62,215 nt of DNA, filler included, from Catajapyx aquilonaris (GCA_000934665.2; 2 parts of 2 records of this genome joined end to end with filler, not necessarily neighbours in it); one strand, 5' to 3'; shown: positions 13,464-25,503, counted from the first letter of the whole stretch. Numbers and translations are program-made. Notes: generated by a model not told the origin, from the letters alone.

Positions 13464-16378
13464 CATCATCACTATCAGCAACGAATCCTGCCAGAACACT
13501 ACATAGGCCGCGGCCGTGAGATCGAAAACTTGTCCGCTGCCATTAACTACCTAAATAATTCCGTTTAACTTTTCTCCCAATTGACTTGGAAACGTAATCG
13601 ACTTTTGAACAAGCTCTCCTGAGGTTGAGTCCCTCGTGAACCCACTGCAGAGGACTGGTCCCTGAAGGACACTGGTAAAGACTTCTACAGAAAATGGCAC
13701 GGGACCTCTCTTGGCTTCAATTCTTACGTCACATCAACGAGGACCTGGATTTAATTGCTAACCCACAGGCCCACTGGTCCTGACGGTGATGTCAAAAGCT
13801 ATATTATAGGGCTGGTCACATGAGCCAAGTCGACCAATAGCTGCGGCAATTGGGTTGGTCATTACAGTTCAGTCTTATTCACCTTATCTGAATATTCAAA
13901 ACCCCCAATATCGAAAAGATGCGCAGGGTGTCTCAAGATCCGAAACCACGGTACTACACATGTGACAACGTAGTACACTGCAGTGATGATCAAAGTTTAG
14001 ATTGTAGTGTTGAGCACCCAGGCTCGGCCTGGGATATTTACCGGGCTGTTGTAGGAAATTCATTAGAGTAAGTGCGAGATGAGGGTACCCTGAGGATTTT
14101 CCATGCAATAAAAATATGGTTTATGAGCGAAGTCTAGCAAAACGCAACACATTTCTGAATGTCCTTTGCCTTACAGCGTCCAATAATGTTGCAGGTAAAC
14201 ACTAGGTATAATATTCGTGTGTCCCACGTGGTACGCGCGTAAAATTACAAGCGTTGAGGAAATGTGGACTATTGCGTGTGTAAAATTATCGCGCTGCACA
14301 TGGTCATTCACGCCCACTCGCTAAGGAATCCCGTAGGTTATTCCAGGCACGTACGGAGTCCTTTTATTCCTAGAGAGTCATTAACGTTCCTTACATACCC
14401 TTTTCCAGAACCGTGTGAATCCTGCGAACCTGAATTTTCTTCGAAACTAAAACCTAGCCTGCCATAAATAACTTAGCCAGTTAATCTAGATCTTCTAATG
14501 AAATATATCCGCAGTTTACAGGATCTAATTTGTCAACTTGCAGCTTTTTTTGTAGGAACATTTAATTTCTGGATTGTAACGATAATCATCACATATTACC
14601 ATCCGTAATGCCTGTATGTAATGTAGTATTATTGCCACGGGGCCACTTATTCAGACAACATTTCCTGTAATTTTACCAGAGAACGGTTTCTGAAAATGCC
14701 TGTTTTTAAAAGTAAAAAAAAGGAGAGAGAGAGAGAGGCATCATCCATCCCCCATTTGTAAAATAACGTTTTGCTAGTTGCTGAACTCCGAGCGTGAAAT
14801 TAACGTAGCGGTTGAGACCAGACCTTTGACATAGGGGTTTGGCTTTACAGCCGAACGAAGTTCCTAATGGTTTCCGCCCAACCCTCTCTTCAATACCTGA
14901 ATTGCAAAAGGCTCAAAGTCCTATTTTTGGTGAAGGGTGCTTTAATCCTCTACAACCGCACGACTAATCCGACCTGAAAGCATGATCATCCACATCACCC
15001 TGCAACCAACCATTTTTGTTTTGTTTAAAGGGTCTGTATATCTGTGTAAAATATACAATTCCGCTTCTGCTCTAAAATTATTTTCTAAATTACTCTCGAA
15101 TACATTAATATCGTAGACTATACAGCTCCTGCATCACATGGCAACATCATCGGATTTTCAAAAAGTAATGAGGCTGAATTTTTTGTTGTAACATGTTACA
15201 TGCAACTGTTATTTAAATATTCATAAATTTATCAATCATTTATAAAGGCTCTCTGCCTTGGACAATAAATAGGTCTGTATATGTGCAGCCGAGTTTTGCA
15301 ACATGAATTCAGTCTCAGTACTTGCTCAATATCATTTTGCCCTGTCGATAGAGTATGAAAAAGCTGATAATGTAATCTGATAGGTGTAACTGACACATGT
15401 ACGGCGGACTTGTGGAGGACAGTCATGCAGAGAAGTGAGATATAACAGGTTGACGCATCCAATTACTTTCGCGCACTGTGTTTTAAAATTACGATAATTA
15501 TGAAAAGCTTTCTAGTGCTCACATGTGCATGCGTAGACTGTGTGGAATTAATGAAACGCGCGGTGTTTTTTTACACGAAAATACTGCTGACTTTTCGCAC
15601 TTTTAACCAAATAAAATGACTTAATAAATATCACTGGACAATTGCGGCTTTACTTCCATAACATGCCAGATATTTCCGATATGTGAACCTCTGAACCTTA
15701 TATACACAATATCGAACAGGTGTATATCATACGGAGATTCTTCTAGCACCGCAAATGCTATATGTCTAGATATTAACTAGGTCTATCTTATTTAAACTTC
15801 AGCTTTAGACTGAAAACATAAGTCTAGAAGAGAGCCACTAATATGATAAGACCTTGCCCGTGTCTATATATCACCTCTCTGGAACAGCCTTGAATACACT
15901 GTGATTATTCTAGAAAACTTTTTTAAAAGGCGCGTCTAATTGTTCATAGCGCTGTAATCTATTACGCTCTTCTTCTGAATTAGAAGCTTCTGTAAAACGG
16001 GCCCAGAAATTCCCGGAGTTTTACAAATACGCCTCCTGAGTGCAATCTTCAGAGAAATTAGCAGCTCTCCGTTTCTGTTAGCGCCACTTTGCAGTACCAT
16101 TTTCCGGATTTGCACAGCACTACATAGAAAGGAGAAAACATATCTGTGGCGAAAACCAAGGGTGTTTCTAAAGTCCGCTGTGAAATATTTTATTGGAACA
16201 CACGCCGAGCCTGCCCAATCCCTATTTCTTTCAAGTGCAATATCGGGTTCTACTATAATGCAATTACGGAATCGCCAGAGCCATCTGCAAGCAATAATTC
16301 CCACCTATCCATAATACATAAATCAATAAACAATGGGCCTACAACTACCACCGGATCAATTCAATAATTCAATAGTAC

Positions 16379-16627
16379 AGTACTGGTCATTAATAGTCTC
16401 GTATAGGTGACGCCATCGGATCGTGGCGCTACCAGTACGGCATCATTAATTTCCAGCACTGATAACCGCAAAAGTAATGTCGCACTGTTATGTGATGGCG
16501 TTCGCGACTTGTTGTTTAGCATGGAATATTGCCAAATTAACATCCGTAACTAGGCAACGCCCATGCTAAATAACAAGTCGCGGACACCATCACATAACAG
16601 TAGGACATTACTTTTGCGGTTAATAGT
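16379..16627. repeat. Two abutting imperfect palindromes (16379-16460 and 16458-16627), probably MITE-derived
   Basis: AGTACTGGTCATTAAT.../...ATTAATTTCCAGCACT; then ~80-bp arms TAACCGCAAAAGTAATGTC.../...GACATTACTTTTGCGGTTA with a short loop. Confidence 0.75.
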
Positions 16628-16942
16628 ACAGATTCTCAAAACCGCGGTGATCGGGAATTTTTAAAAATCGAATAAAAACCCAATTTAGTGTCTCCATCTT
16701 TTTGAGCTATATAGTACACAATGTAAAACCAATGCCTTTTTAAAAAACCTTATGCCCCACTCTCCCAAAGCACCAAAATCCTGAAAGTGCCCCTAACACC
16801 CATGGCCCGCTACCGACATAAACACCACGCAAGTCAAGCTCCTTACATCCCACGATGATGGCGATTAAGTGAAGAAAACGATGCAGGAAAGGCGTCGACG
16901 ATGAATCGATTACCCTTACCCCCCACAGGCGGTTCTCCATTT

Positions 16943-17011
16943 TTCTTCTTCTTTCTTCTTTCTTCTTTCTTCTTCTTCTTCTTCTTCTTCTTCTTCTTCT
17001 TCTTCTTCTTC
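16943..17011. repeat. (CTT)n microsatellite
   Basis: Direct reading; explains the poly-K and poly-R ORFs in the track. Confidence 0.9.
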
Positions 17012-17627
17012 TCCTCTTCCATAACCCGACCTGCATGAGGAAATCGATGACTCCGGAAGAGTAGGAGATTGCGGCCAGATTCCCGTTCCGGAATGCCTTC
17101 TTCACTTATACTACAGGGGCATGGGACACATGCAGGCATCCCAGTTACTTGAATAGAATGCGGAGGGTAATCCGGATTTTTGTTTCCACTTGGGAAGCAT
17201 CTGCTGTAGACAGCTGGTATCTATACGTGCTTTCAGGCTAACTTTACATTGGGGCACGAAGACGACGTGACCTGTACCGCAATCATAGGGAGCAAGCCAT
17301 TTATACAGTGTGCACCATGGGGGTCTACAGTACTCGGGTTATTATACGATAGGGCTTACAGTCAAGAGTATCACAGAATTGCCTGCATGATTCCTCCTGA
17401 GTGAGCGGCTATAAAGCATTGTGTTGGGTTGCGACTTGCTCATTTTTTTTGGTTGTTACAAGCAATTTCAGGATTTGTCAACAGGGTTGTTAAAATGTGT
17501 ATGTATAGAGATGCTGATGGCCGGTTGTATGGACGCAAATTAAGGAGAAACTGGCTCATTTTGTCGGATTATGGCATTGTGAATGCCTTAGATTTTTCCC
17601 TTGGATTTGTCATCGATACTGATTGAC

Positions 17628-17692
17628 GAGTATAGCGTCCATTCATAACGAAATATGTACCGTATATTTCGTTATGAATGGATGGTATACTC
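17628..17692. repeat. Short palindrome, 29-bp arms (27/29 matched), 7-nt loop
   Basis: GAGTATAGCGTCCATTCATAACGAAATAT-gtaccgt-ATATTTCGTTATGAATGGATGGTATACTC. Confidence 0.85.
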
Positions 17693-18009
17693 ATTAGTGT
17701 TCCGACTTGGAGGCGGAATTTTATTGTTATATTTTCCTAGCTGACTTCACCAATCAAAAATCTAGACTCGGAGACGGGAAATTGCGTAGGAATTGCTTAC
17801 AAGTTAGATCCGCATTATATCGACATGTAAAATCGTGTGATGCGACAGTTCTGCTTTCCTTCCCAATGCAATGCCGAGATATGGCCACGACGACGTACTT
17901 CCGATAATAACAATGGCAATATAATAAAAATTCGCTGTTTATCCCCACATCCTCACATTGGCAGCCAATCACATGCCTCGCACATACTGTATATTTAAAG
18001 TAACTACAC

Positions 18010-18259
18010 CAGTGGTTCCCAACCTGGGGGTCGCGAAGCCTTTTCCGGGGGGTCGCGCGTGGCCGAGGTTAATTTTTATAAATTAAAAAATTACTAAAAT
18101 AGAACATTTTAATAGGAAGTTTCAGGTTTTTTCCGACACCTACTAACACTCGGGGAGGGGGGGGGGGGTCGCAGGTTACTTGACTTTAAAGGGGTGTAAA
18201 GGGTGTTACTTGACTATCATAAAAGGGGGTCGCGACCCGAAAAAGGTTGGGAACCACTG
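18010..18259. mobile_element. 250-bp non-autonomous hAT (Buster/Charlie-type) MITE
   Basis: TIRs CAGTGGTTCCCAACCT / AGGTTGGGAACCACTG; repeated GGGGTCGC subterminal motifs; 8-bp TSD AACTACAC / AACTACGC with the nnnTAnnn pattern typical of Buster elements. Confidence 0.9.
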
Positions 18260-20287
18260 AACTACGCTATATATTCGCACACGTTACTGTTGCTACTAGG
18301 GTCCCGGAATAAATCATATTTAAACCACGTTAATTAAACCAGCATCGATCGTTCCTCGATTTATCGTTTTCCCGTTTTATAGGGTTCCCAACAAATCGAG
18401 ACTTTCACTGTATACCAACTTGCAAGAAAGTAGAATCCCCTCAGAAAGCTCTGGTCCCTGCATTCTGAGTCTCGTTTGAACATTTGATATCTTTACACTC
18501 GAGTTTCCTGACCAGAGGGAACTCATCACATCTGTATCTACCTGGGCAGAAAAAGTTACAGCTTTGTGAAAAATCACCCCCATGGGCGTGTCAGAACGAA
18601 TTTAAAGGCGCTGGAAGGATTTATGGCGGCCGAGGTGAATGAAAGCTAAAAGTACGAGAAGCCCTCGACCCTGCAAAAATCCCCACGTCGACGAAAAGAT
18701 TCCCAAACTCTTCTCTGACAAAGTGAGCTGAGCCGAGGATCGAACTCAGGATTGTGAAGCGCACGCTCAGAATTCTAAACTACCATCAGTAAACAAACAT
18801 GAGCTTGGATAGGTTGAAGAGGTTTAAATACAACACATCTTCACTATATGATGGTCCACCACATAAGCCTCCTTATGGTGAAAAGTCTCGACCAAATTCA
18901 GGCGAATCCAAGGACTCTCGTGCTCTCTACAAGGAACAAGTTTGAAGTACGGCCCATGCCAGCAAAGCAATGATCATTTCGAGTCTCCGGAGAAGGTCAA
19001 ACTGGTCAATCCGGAACACTCGGCTGACTGCATGAAGGTCAAGCTGGCCAAAAAAAACAAACTTGCTTCTAGCTAAGAGCCCCGCCAAAAAGGTGTAGGC
19101 TTTTTCTCTATGCACAGCCTTGAAGGGTATGGCATCATCGTGACCTCCCAAGCCAGCATCAATGTCTGGCTCTTTTCAATAGCAAGTCGCAACAACAATA
19201 AGGTGTGCAAAACATATATCCAACTGCTAGTGACTTGTGGTCTCAAAGTTAAGAAGAACCTTGAACACTGAGATCGTGACTCAGAATTTCGACAGCACAT
19301 GTACCGTCGGTGTCACTACATCGGATATCACGTGATTAATCGGCGTAATATTGTGGCACTTCAGTTTTAAAATCCTAGCCCCTGTGCGGAATTAGCTAGG
19401 ATGCAACTGATTATCAAGCCTGCCCAGTTGCTAATTATTCTCAGAAATGGAAGCATATGCATAATAACGTTTCATTTAACGCTCACGTTATACGGTGACC
19501 ACGACATTTTTATAACCTTCTGATGACGCAGGACTAAATAATTACTACCAGTCTGGTGACTTCACTCACAATTAAGTAGTTAGGTCGACGATTATAATTT
19601 GAATGATAATTCCTAGACGTTAGGGGTTACTGCACTGAAGGGTCATTCAGGTCGCATATATTTTCTACTCTCGAGGAAAACTTGAACCCGTGAAATTACA
19701 GCCAAGTTTATCTGCACTAAGTGTCCATGGACCCACTACTGTTTATACACATGAGAATATTATTCCGCATGTTTTGCATACACATCACATCTGTGTCTAC
19801 CTGGAAGAAAAAGTTGCGCGGAATGTATGTGAACAAATATGGCAGCAACGCGAATAAACAAAACAGTTATAGGCCTATATCAGGTGTTGTAAGCCACGTG
19901 CATGTCCCCATGTTCGATCGAGATCAAGACACGACATGATTTCAGAAAGTAACCTAGTTACTACGCGCCTACTTTGCTCACATCGGTACACAACTCCCCA
20001 CTCCAAACTTCAGAAATGTACAGCACGGTAGGGGGTTATTAGCAACTTCAACCAACTTCGTACAAGGCTTCGTCAGCTCGGGAAGATGGCACGAAACATG
20101 GCATGATATGCTGGATCCAAGCTTTCAAGTCACCTCTCACAGCGTTATCTCAATATAGGTGACATTCAAACAAGGGGGTGGAAAAAGCTGACGTAATTTG
20201 GATCCTCAATAACAGAATCTGCCCTTATCAACACCCAGCTCCCTGACACTTATGGAGACCCCCTCGTGAGCTTTGCTTTCAATCATC

Positions 20288-20400
20288 CAGGTGGGGGTTC
20301 CGATTTGGCGCTGGTGTCGCTCCATAGTTCCCAAGGCGGTTCGCCGCCTTGGGAACTGTGGGGCGACACCACACCAGCGCCAAATAGAAACCCCCACCTG
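20288..20400. repeat. GC-rich hairpin (~52-bp stem, TTCG loop) within a probable TE-derived segment (~20200-20680)
   Basis: CAGGTGGGGGTT...TTCCCAAGGCGG-TTCG-CCGCCTTGGGAA...AACCCCCACCTG, with a 5-nt ACACC bulge. Confidence 0.85.
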
Positions 20401-22093
20401 CCACCTGGGTAGGGGAGAGCATGGCTCACGGGGGTATCCATAAGGCTGGGTTAGAAGTGTCAGGAGGACCATGACCAACACCAAATTCCATATTTTGCCC
20501 GTATCGAGTTCCGTCCCTGCATGGCAACAACTCCCTTCCCCATCGTCGACCATCAGAGTGAAAACATTCCAACTGGCGACATCTGCGACTTCCCAAGTGG
20601 CTGTGGTCATGTACTGCAGAGCTGGTCGTAGAGGCCATCCCAAGACCCTTTTTTCCATCAGGAGAAGAACGAGGGGTTAGGAAACTGGTTCAGGACCCCC
20701 CCCCCCCCACCTCCCTTTACACCCAAGCAGATTCAGATGGGGCCCTTCTTTTTGTCGTCATGCTGCGGGAAAAGTGAAGTTAACGAGCCGAAACTGGAAA
20801 TGCGCTATTCCCTGGAGGGTGTTGCTTCCAAAGCAATCTATGCAAATGTGCTCCTGGGAGTTTCACACCTCGGACCCCGATGAGTTTGCCGGCTTTTCGC
20901 AATGTTCTGGCAATAAATTTACTGCTGGCTCTTACACCCGGTGTCCTAATCACTTCTGCTGAAACTCCGGTCAACAAGGTATAAAACCGTATCAGTGTGT
21001 GGGAGCTACAATAATTACCGACAATGTTGGAGTTTCACATTGGGTATAATTATGTGTTTCAAAAGTTGTTGCAAAATTTTGCTGGATTACATGATATATA
21101 TTTTTTAGCTGTTCCTAATAACATTAAATATTAATTAATTCATCACTAATAAGGTATTTCCTGTTTCCTGAGTTAGGACATTCTGACACAGTATTTTAAA
21201 TAATACTGAACTTTTTTTTTACATATTCGACAGTTTCATACAGGCCATTGCGCCAACTAATCGTACGTCAGAATAATCAATATTTAATCGCGTATATATG
21301 TAATTACTCCATATATGGACACCGATTTAATAGGATAATGACCGTATACCATTTCACCCGGATTATTGCCAGGGGTTTTACAAATAGAATTTTCACCTCT
21401 ATTCTGTGAGCTAGTTCGCATGTGAGCAACTAGAAAAAAAAAACATAGATCGTCCCTCCCATTATTCTCTCTAGTCCAGAAGAACTTTTTCGCGCAGCAT
21501 TAAATTCACGAGATTTTTCAAGGTTACTCGCTGCCAGCAGAGTGCGCTCAGAATGTAGAAAACAAAGCTGGATGCCCTTTGTATCTCCCATCTGAAAATC
21601 GATGCCTGGACACTACAGTGCAATTAACTCCCAATTGAGCAACAAACACTTGTACAGTATAAAGTCACGTGCTTCTGTTTTACTTGACAATAGTTATGCC
21701 ACTTTTTTCATACATTAAATATATTTATGATAGCCCCCCCACACACTAGTGATGGGTAATAAAAAAATTCTAGCTACGCCACTTGAAACATGTGGGTAGC
21801 GCCCTTAGGCTCCTATATCCAAAATGAGGCTATTTGAGGTGGGCAAGCAATTAATATTGGCCAAGGTGGGCATTATTGATCTGGCAAGAGACACGCTGGC
21901 TGCTGCCTCTAGAAGAGATCCATGGTAGCGGGGGAGGGGAGAGGTTACAGCAGAGGGAGGGAAAAGGGGGGGGGGGAGGAAGCACAAAAAATAGAGGAAT
22001 CTAGATCAATGAAAGCGAAAGCGCGGGGAGAGAAAGTGAAATGTGGGTTGGCAGACAAGATGGCGGTGAGTTTGACCCTTGACCCTGCATTAC

Positions 22094-22196
22094 CTGCGTG
22101 GGTGTTGGGCAGAGCGGCGGCCAGCAAGGTCCCCAGAAGCAGGAGGCCCATGCTTCCCGGTGCCCATGGTGACCGAGCAGGATGGCGGGGGGTCAT
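22094..22196 (-). CDS. ADAM10: ADAM10/Kuzbanian-family metalloprotease, coding exon 1 (signal peptide)
   Basis: MTPRHPARSPWAPGSMGLLLLGTLLAAALPNTHA(G), hydrophobic signal-like core, ends in donor CAG|GTAATG at phase 1; G+GA gives Gly and joins exon 2 in frame. Alternative start ATG at 22151. Confidence 0.8.
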
Positions 22197-22300
22197 GGAG
22201 GCCCGGCCATCGCCGCTTCCTCCACGCTCCTCACTACATGCTACCTCTCGCTTCCACCGCGACTCAGACACTGACTCGATGGAGTGGATGCAGTTGGTAG
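22197..22300 (-). promoter_or_regulatory. Candidate 5' UTR / core promoter of the ADAM10-like gene
   Basis: GC/CpG-rich stretch upstream of exon 1 with an Initiator-like TCAGT on the minus strand at 22274-22270; no TATA box seen. Confidence 0.3.
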
Positions 22301-22503
22301 GAGGAAAGAGAGGTGGAGCTGCTGGAGCGGACTGGATTCAACTGTGTGACTCCCTCCCTGCCTTCCAGCGGTGGTGGCGCCACCGGGGAGCCAACCAGAA
22401 TTGGATGCTGTTGCTGCAGATGCGACCAATGACGGCGAAGAGGTCACCAATCATAGATCATGTCACGCACCGTCACGCACCGTCACGCATTGTCACCGAC
22501 CGT

Positions 22504-22740
22504 GCTGGCGCTGGTGGTCTGCGCTCGCCTCTATACCCAAAGTTGTGGGTTCGAACCCGGCCGAGGTCGGTGACTTTTCTCCTGGTGGTAGAAAAGTGAG
22601 AGTGCGTCTTCCTTCGGAGGTAAAGCCGTCGCGTCGGTCCCGTGTGCTTGTGACATTGCGAGAGTGCACGTTAAAGATCCCCAGAGTGGCCAAATTTCCA
22701 GGAGGAGGACCCCACCAAGCTCTTGGTCCCACTGATAAAG
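22504..22740 (+). mobile_element. tRNA-derived SINE with 13-bp TSD
   Basis: A-box-like TGGCGCTGGTGG, B box GGTTCGAACCC; body motif GTGCACGTTAAAGATCCCCAGAGTGGCCAAATT resembles, from memory, the conserved Nin/Deu-type domain of invertebrate SINEs such as tick Ruka; TSD TGTCACCGACCGT at 22491-22503 and 22741-22753. Confidence 0.85.
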
Positions 22741-22972
22741 TGTCACCGACCGTCACGATGCATAAAAAGGAGTTGTGAGAAGTGGACGCGATATTTTTTA
22801 AACAAATTGTCGAATCCTAGGCATGTCACGGCTTGTCACATTTCGGGCCCAGTGTGACGTATTTTGTCAAAAAGGTGGTAGTATCCTGGGGATATGCAAC
22901 CACCATGGGTTTCGTATTGGGAAATGTGGATGGTTGCATAGTGGCAGGATACATCTTCGCGCTTTTTAACAA

Positions 22973-23687
22973 CACTGTACTCATGATTATCCGGGTGCGG
23001 ATTATCCGTGCATCGCCAAAAAATGAATTCCAAATTCAAGTCCGAAAACATTGCTTGAAATTTTCGTCCCATTGCTAACTTGGCAGTGCCATGGCCAACA
23101 CTGGTATTTCTAAGTTAGCAGTAACTATAGCAGTGATACAAAAATCCCACCTATGGTGTCTTAGAGGGTGGGGGGGTTGGACCTCCCCCCCTCCCATTAG
23201 AAAAAAAAATGACATTAGCCCTATGTAAGCCATAACAAAATTGTGTTCCAAAACCTTCCCCTGCTCCCGAAAATTGGGAAAGGGCTGAAAATGAGCCGCA
23301 TTTTGGAGAATTTGCAGAATTCGGATTGCACACTTCTTATTCGAACTACACAAAGTGTGCGGATTACACGCTTAAATTAGGCCCTACTGCTAAGTTAGCA
23401 GTAAGCCAGTAACTAGCAGTGGGACAAAGATTCGACCCACTGTCAATATGTCTCGCCAACGAAGAAATATAAGACTTTTTTAAGAAGACAAAGTAAAAAA
23501 TATATGGTAAGTTTTATTATTTTGATTCAACCAAGCAGCACTCTCTGTACAGTAGTACCGTACATTAAAAACCCGTGAATAGTTCATTTTTTACGATGTC
23601 TATAGGGACATTTCCCGATTATCCATGTTTTCCGATTATCCGGTGACACCCGTGCTGTCATTAGCCCGGATAATCGGGAGTGCAGTG
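22973..23687. mobile_element. Degenerate pogo/Tigger-like non-autonomous DNA element, probably with a nested insertion
   Basis: Imperfect TIRs CACTGTACTCATGATTATCCGGG / CCCGGATAATCGGGAGTGCAGTG followed by TA; repeated GATTATCC subterminal motifs; internal direct repeats CTAAGTTAGCAGTAA at ~23110 and ~23390. Confidence 0.6.
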
Positions 23688-24225
23688 TATAGATGTTAGT
23701 ATGCATATTTAGTGATCGATTGCCTGATGCACTCCATTTAGTACTAACGATTCATAATGAGCTAGCAAGCCCGGATTTTTTGGCATGTTTACAAACAAGG
23801 GCAAGGTCAAATCTTTGCCTTCGTTTAAGCTTACGTCTATAGGTTTTTTTGTTTTGTTTTGTTTTCGGAATTAGTGGATTTCGCTTGTATGGGCACGATT
23901 TATCGATTCCATGAGGCAAGCAATACAGAGAGGGACGCTGGAGGCCGAGTTTAGAGGCCGAGGCATCTGTTTGCTGGAAAAGAGTGAATACTATGTCTTT
24001 GCAGATACAAAGCAGTGATATCACACAAAAAAATTTAATACGCGAAGTTGCCAAGTTAGGTTGCAGGACACAAAACTTTTCGGATATTTTTGAAACGCGT
24101 AATTCAAAAACACGCAAAATTATTTTGCTACAAAGATGTCACGTTTCTTCGACATGTCAGTAAATTAGTTATAAATTTTAAGCATATGAATTTTTAAAAC
24201 TAACTTAATATATAATATTGCATGA

Positions 24226-24529
24226 CCGAAGCAGTTTGGTGGAGTGGATAAGGTGTTCGACTGCTAATCGGGAGGTCCTGTGTTCGAGTCCCGGGGCCGG
24301 CAATCCTAACCGTGGTTTTCTGTGGTTTCCCACGGTCCCCCCAGAAGAATTCCGGGATTGCTTCCTAAATAATAGGCCACAGCCGCTTCCTTCCGTCCCT
24401 ATCCTATCCCAAAAAGCAAAGTAAAAATGAAAGCAAAGAGTAGTTCCAGTCAAAACAAAATTTGGATGAACTTCCCCCCTTAAGAGCCTCCGGCTGGTAA
24501 CGGGGTATGAATTATGAATTATGAATTAT
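24226..24529 (+). mobile_element. tRNA-derived SINE with (ATGAATT)n tail and 15-bp TSD
   Basis: A box TGGTGGAGTGG, B box GTTCGAGTCC, short tandem tail; exact TSD TATAATATTGCATGA at 24211-24225 and 24530-24544. Confidence 0.88.
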
Positions 24530-24667
24530 TATAATATTGCATGAACTTGGTAGGCTACGACAACGTCGCGCATTCATTATTTTGTGACGTCACTATAATG
24601 CTTTCACTTATCCGCTGGGAAGCTTGGAACCAATTATCGCGGATAACCTGGGGTTCACTGTACAGTA

Positions 24668-25503
24668 CCTGGCTCGGAAATGATTTACACTCTTTCTTTT
24701 TTCCCGCTGAAGAAGTGGTCCTAGAAGTTCCATTATTCACCACTAGATGGAACGAGTCTTCCTGAGGGCGCCAGAGAAAATTTGACCCCATTCGTGTCAG
24801 TTGCCTCGTCGCAGTGCCCACCGAAAGTAGTGCCTGTAGCTCTCGTCATGGACAACGTTGCAGGAGACTACCACGGGCAGAGGTGGACCACATGGTTTTT
24901 GTGGACGGAAGGAGTGGCAGCGACAGATATTCACAGGCGTTTAGCGAGCGTGTGTGGTGAGCTGGCCCCCTGTCGCAAGACAGTATTCAACTGGGTAGTG
25001 GGTATTGTGTCCTGAGAGAGGCCAGTGACTCTTTCAAGTTCACGAAAAGTCACACGTCTGTCTTGCATGATGAGGTCGTTGATCCTCTTCACCTTAGCCG
25101 GCGTCCGAGCAGTACAGGGTCTGCCTGTACTCACGCCCTTAGTGATGCTGGCATGCCCTTCCTTAAAGGCAGCTACCCAGTTGAATACTGTCTTGCGACA
25201 GGGGGCCAGCTCACCACACACGCTCGCTAAACGCCTGTGAATATCTGTCGCTGCCACTCCTTCCGTCCACAAAAACCATGTGGGTCCACCTCTGCCCGTG
25301 GTAGTCTCCTGCAACGTTGTCCATGACGAGAGCTACAGGCACTACTTTCGGTGGGCACTGCGACGAGGCAACTGACATGAATGGGGTCAAATTTTCTCTG
25401 GCGCCCTCAGGAAGACTCGTTCCATCTAGTGGTGAATAATGGAACTTCTAGGACCACTTCTTCAGCGGGAAAAAGAAAGAGTGTAAATCATTTCCGAGCC
25501 AGG
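24668..25503. mobile_element. Palindromic non-autonomous mariner derivative (two inverted 5' ends), TA-flanked
   Basis: Arms 24668-24998 and 25173-25503 (331 bp each) are reverse complements with about 3 differences; TA at 24666-24667 and 25504-25505; the 174-bp spacer continues the transposase sequence. Confidence 0.92.
24999..25324 (-). pseudogene. Truncated mariner transposase, N-terminal DNA-binding region only
   Basis: FLWTEGVAATDIHRRLASVCGELAPCRKTVFNWVAAFKEGHASITKGVSTGRPCTARTPAKVKRINDLIMQDRRVTFRELERVTGLSQDTI has the first HTH, GRP linker and second HTH typical of mariner; +1 frameshift near 25284; no DDD catalytic domain. Confidence 0.88.

Noticed and set aside
16740..17139. Poly-R and poly-K ORFs
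   Set aside because: Translations of the CTT microsatellite.
18600..18790. Possible minus-strand SINE remnant (B box GAGTTCGATCC)
   Set aside because: No A box, tail or TSD could be defined, so boundaries are unsupported.
21922..22599. Longest ORF in the track (225 aa, plus strand)
   Set aside because: Antisense to ADAM10 exon 1 and running into a SINE; open because of GC richness, with no domain features.
24230..24300. tRNA-like sequence (also at 470-543 and 22505-22565)
   Set aside because: A and B boxes are present but no complete cloverleaf; each is followed by a SINE body and flanked by TSDs, so these are SINE heads rather than tRNA genes.
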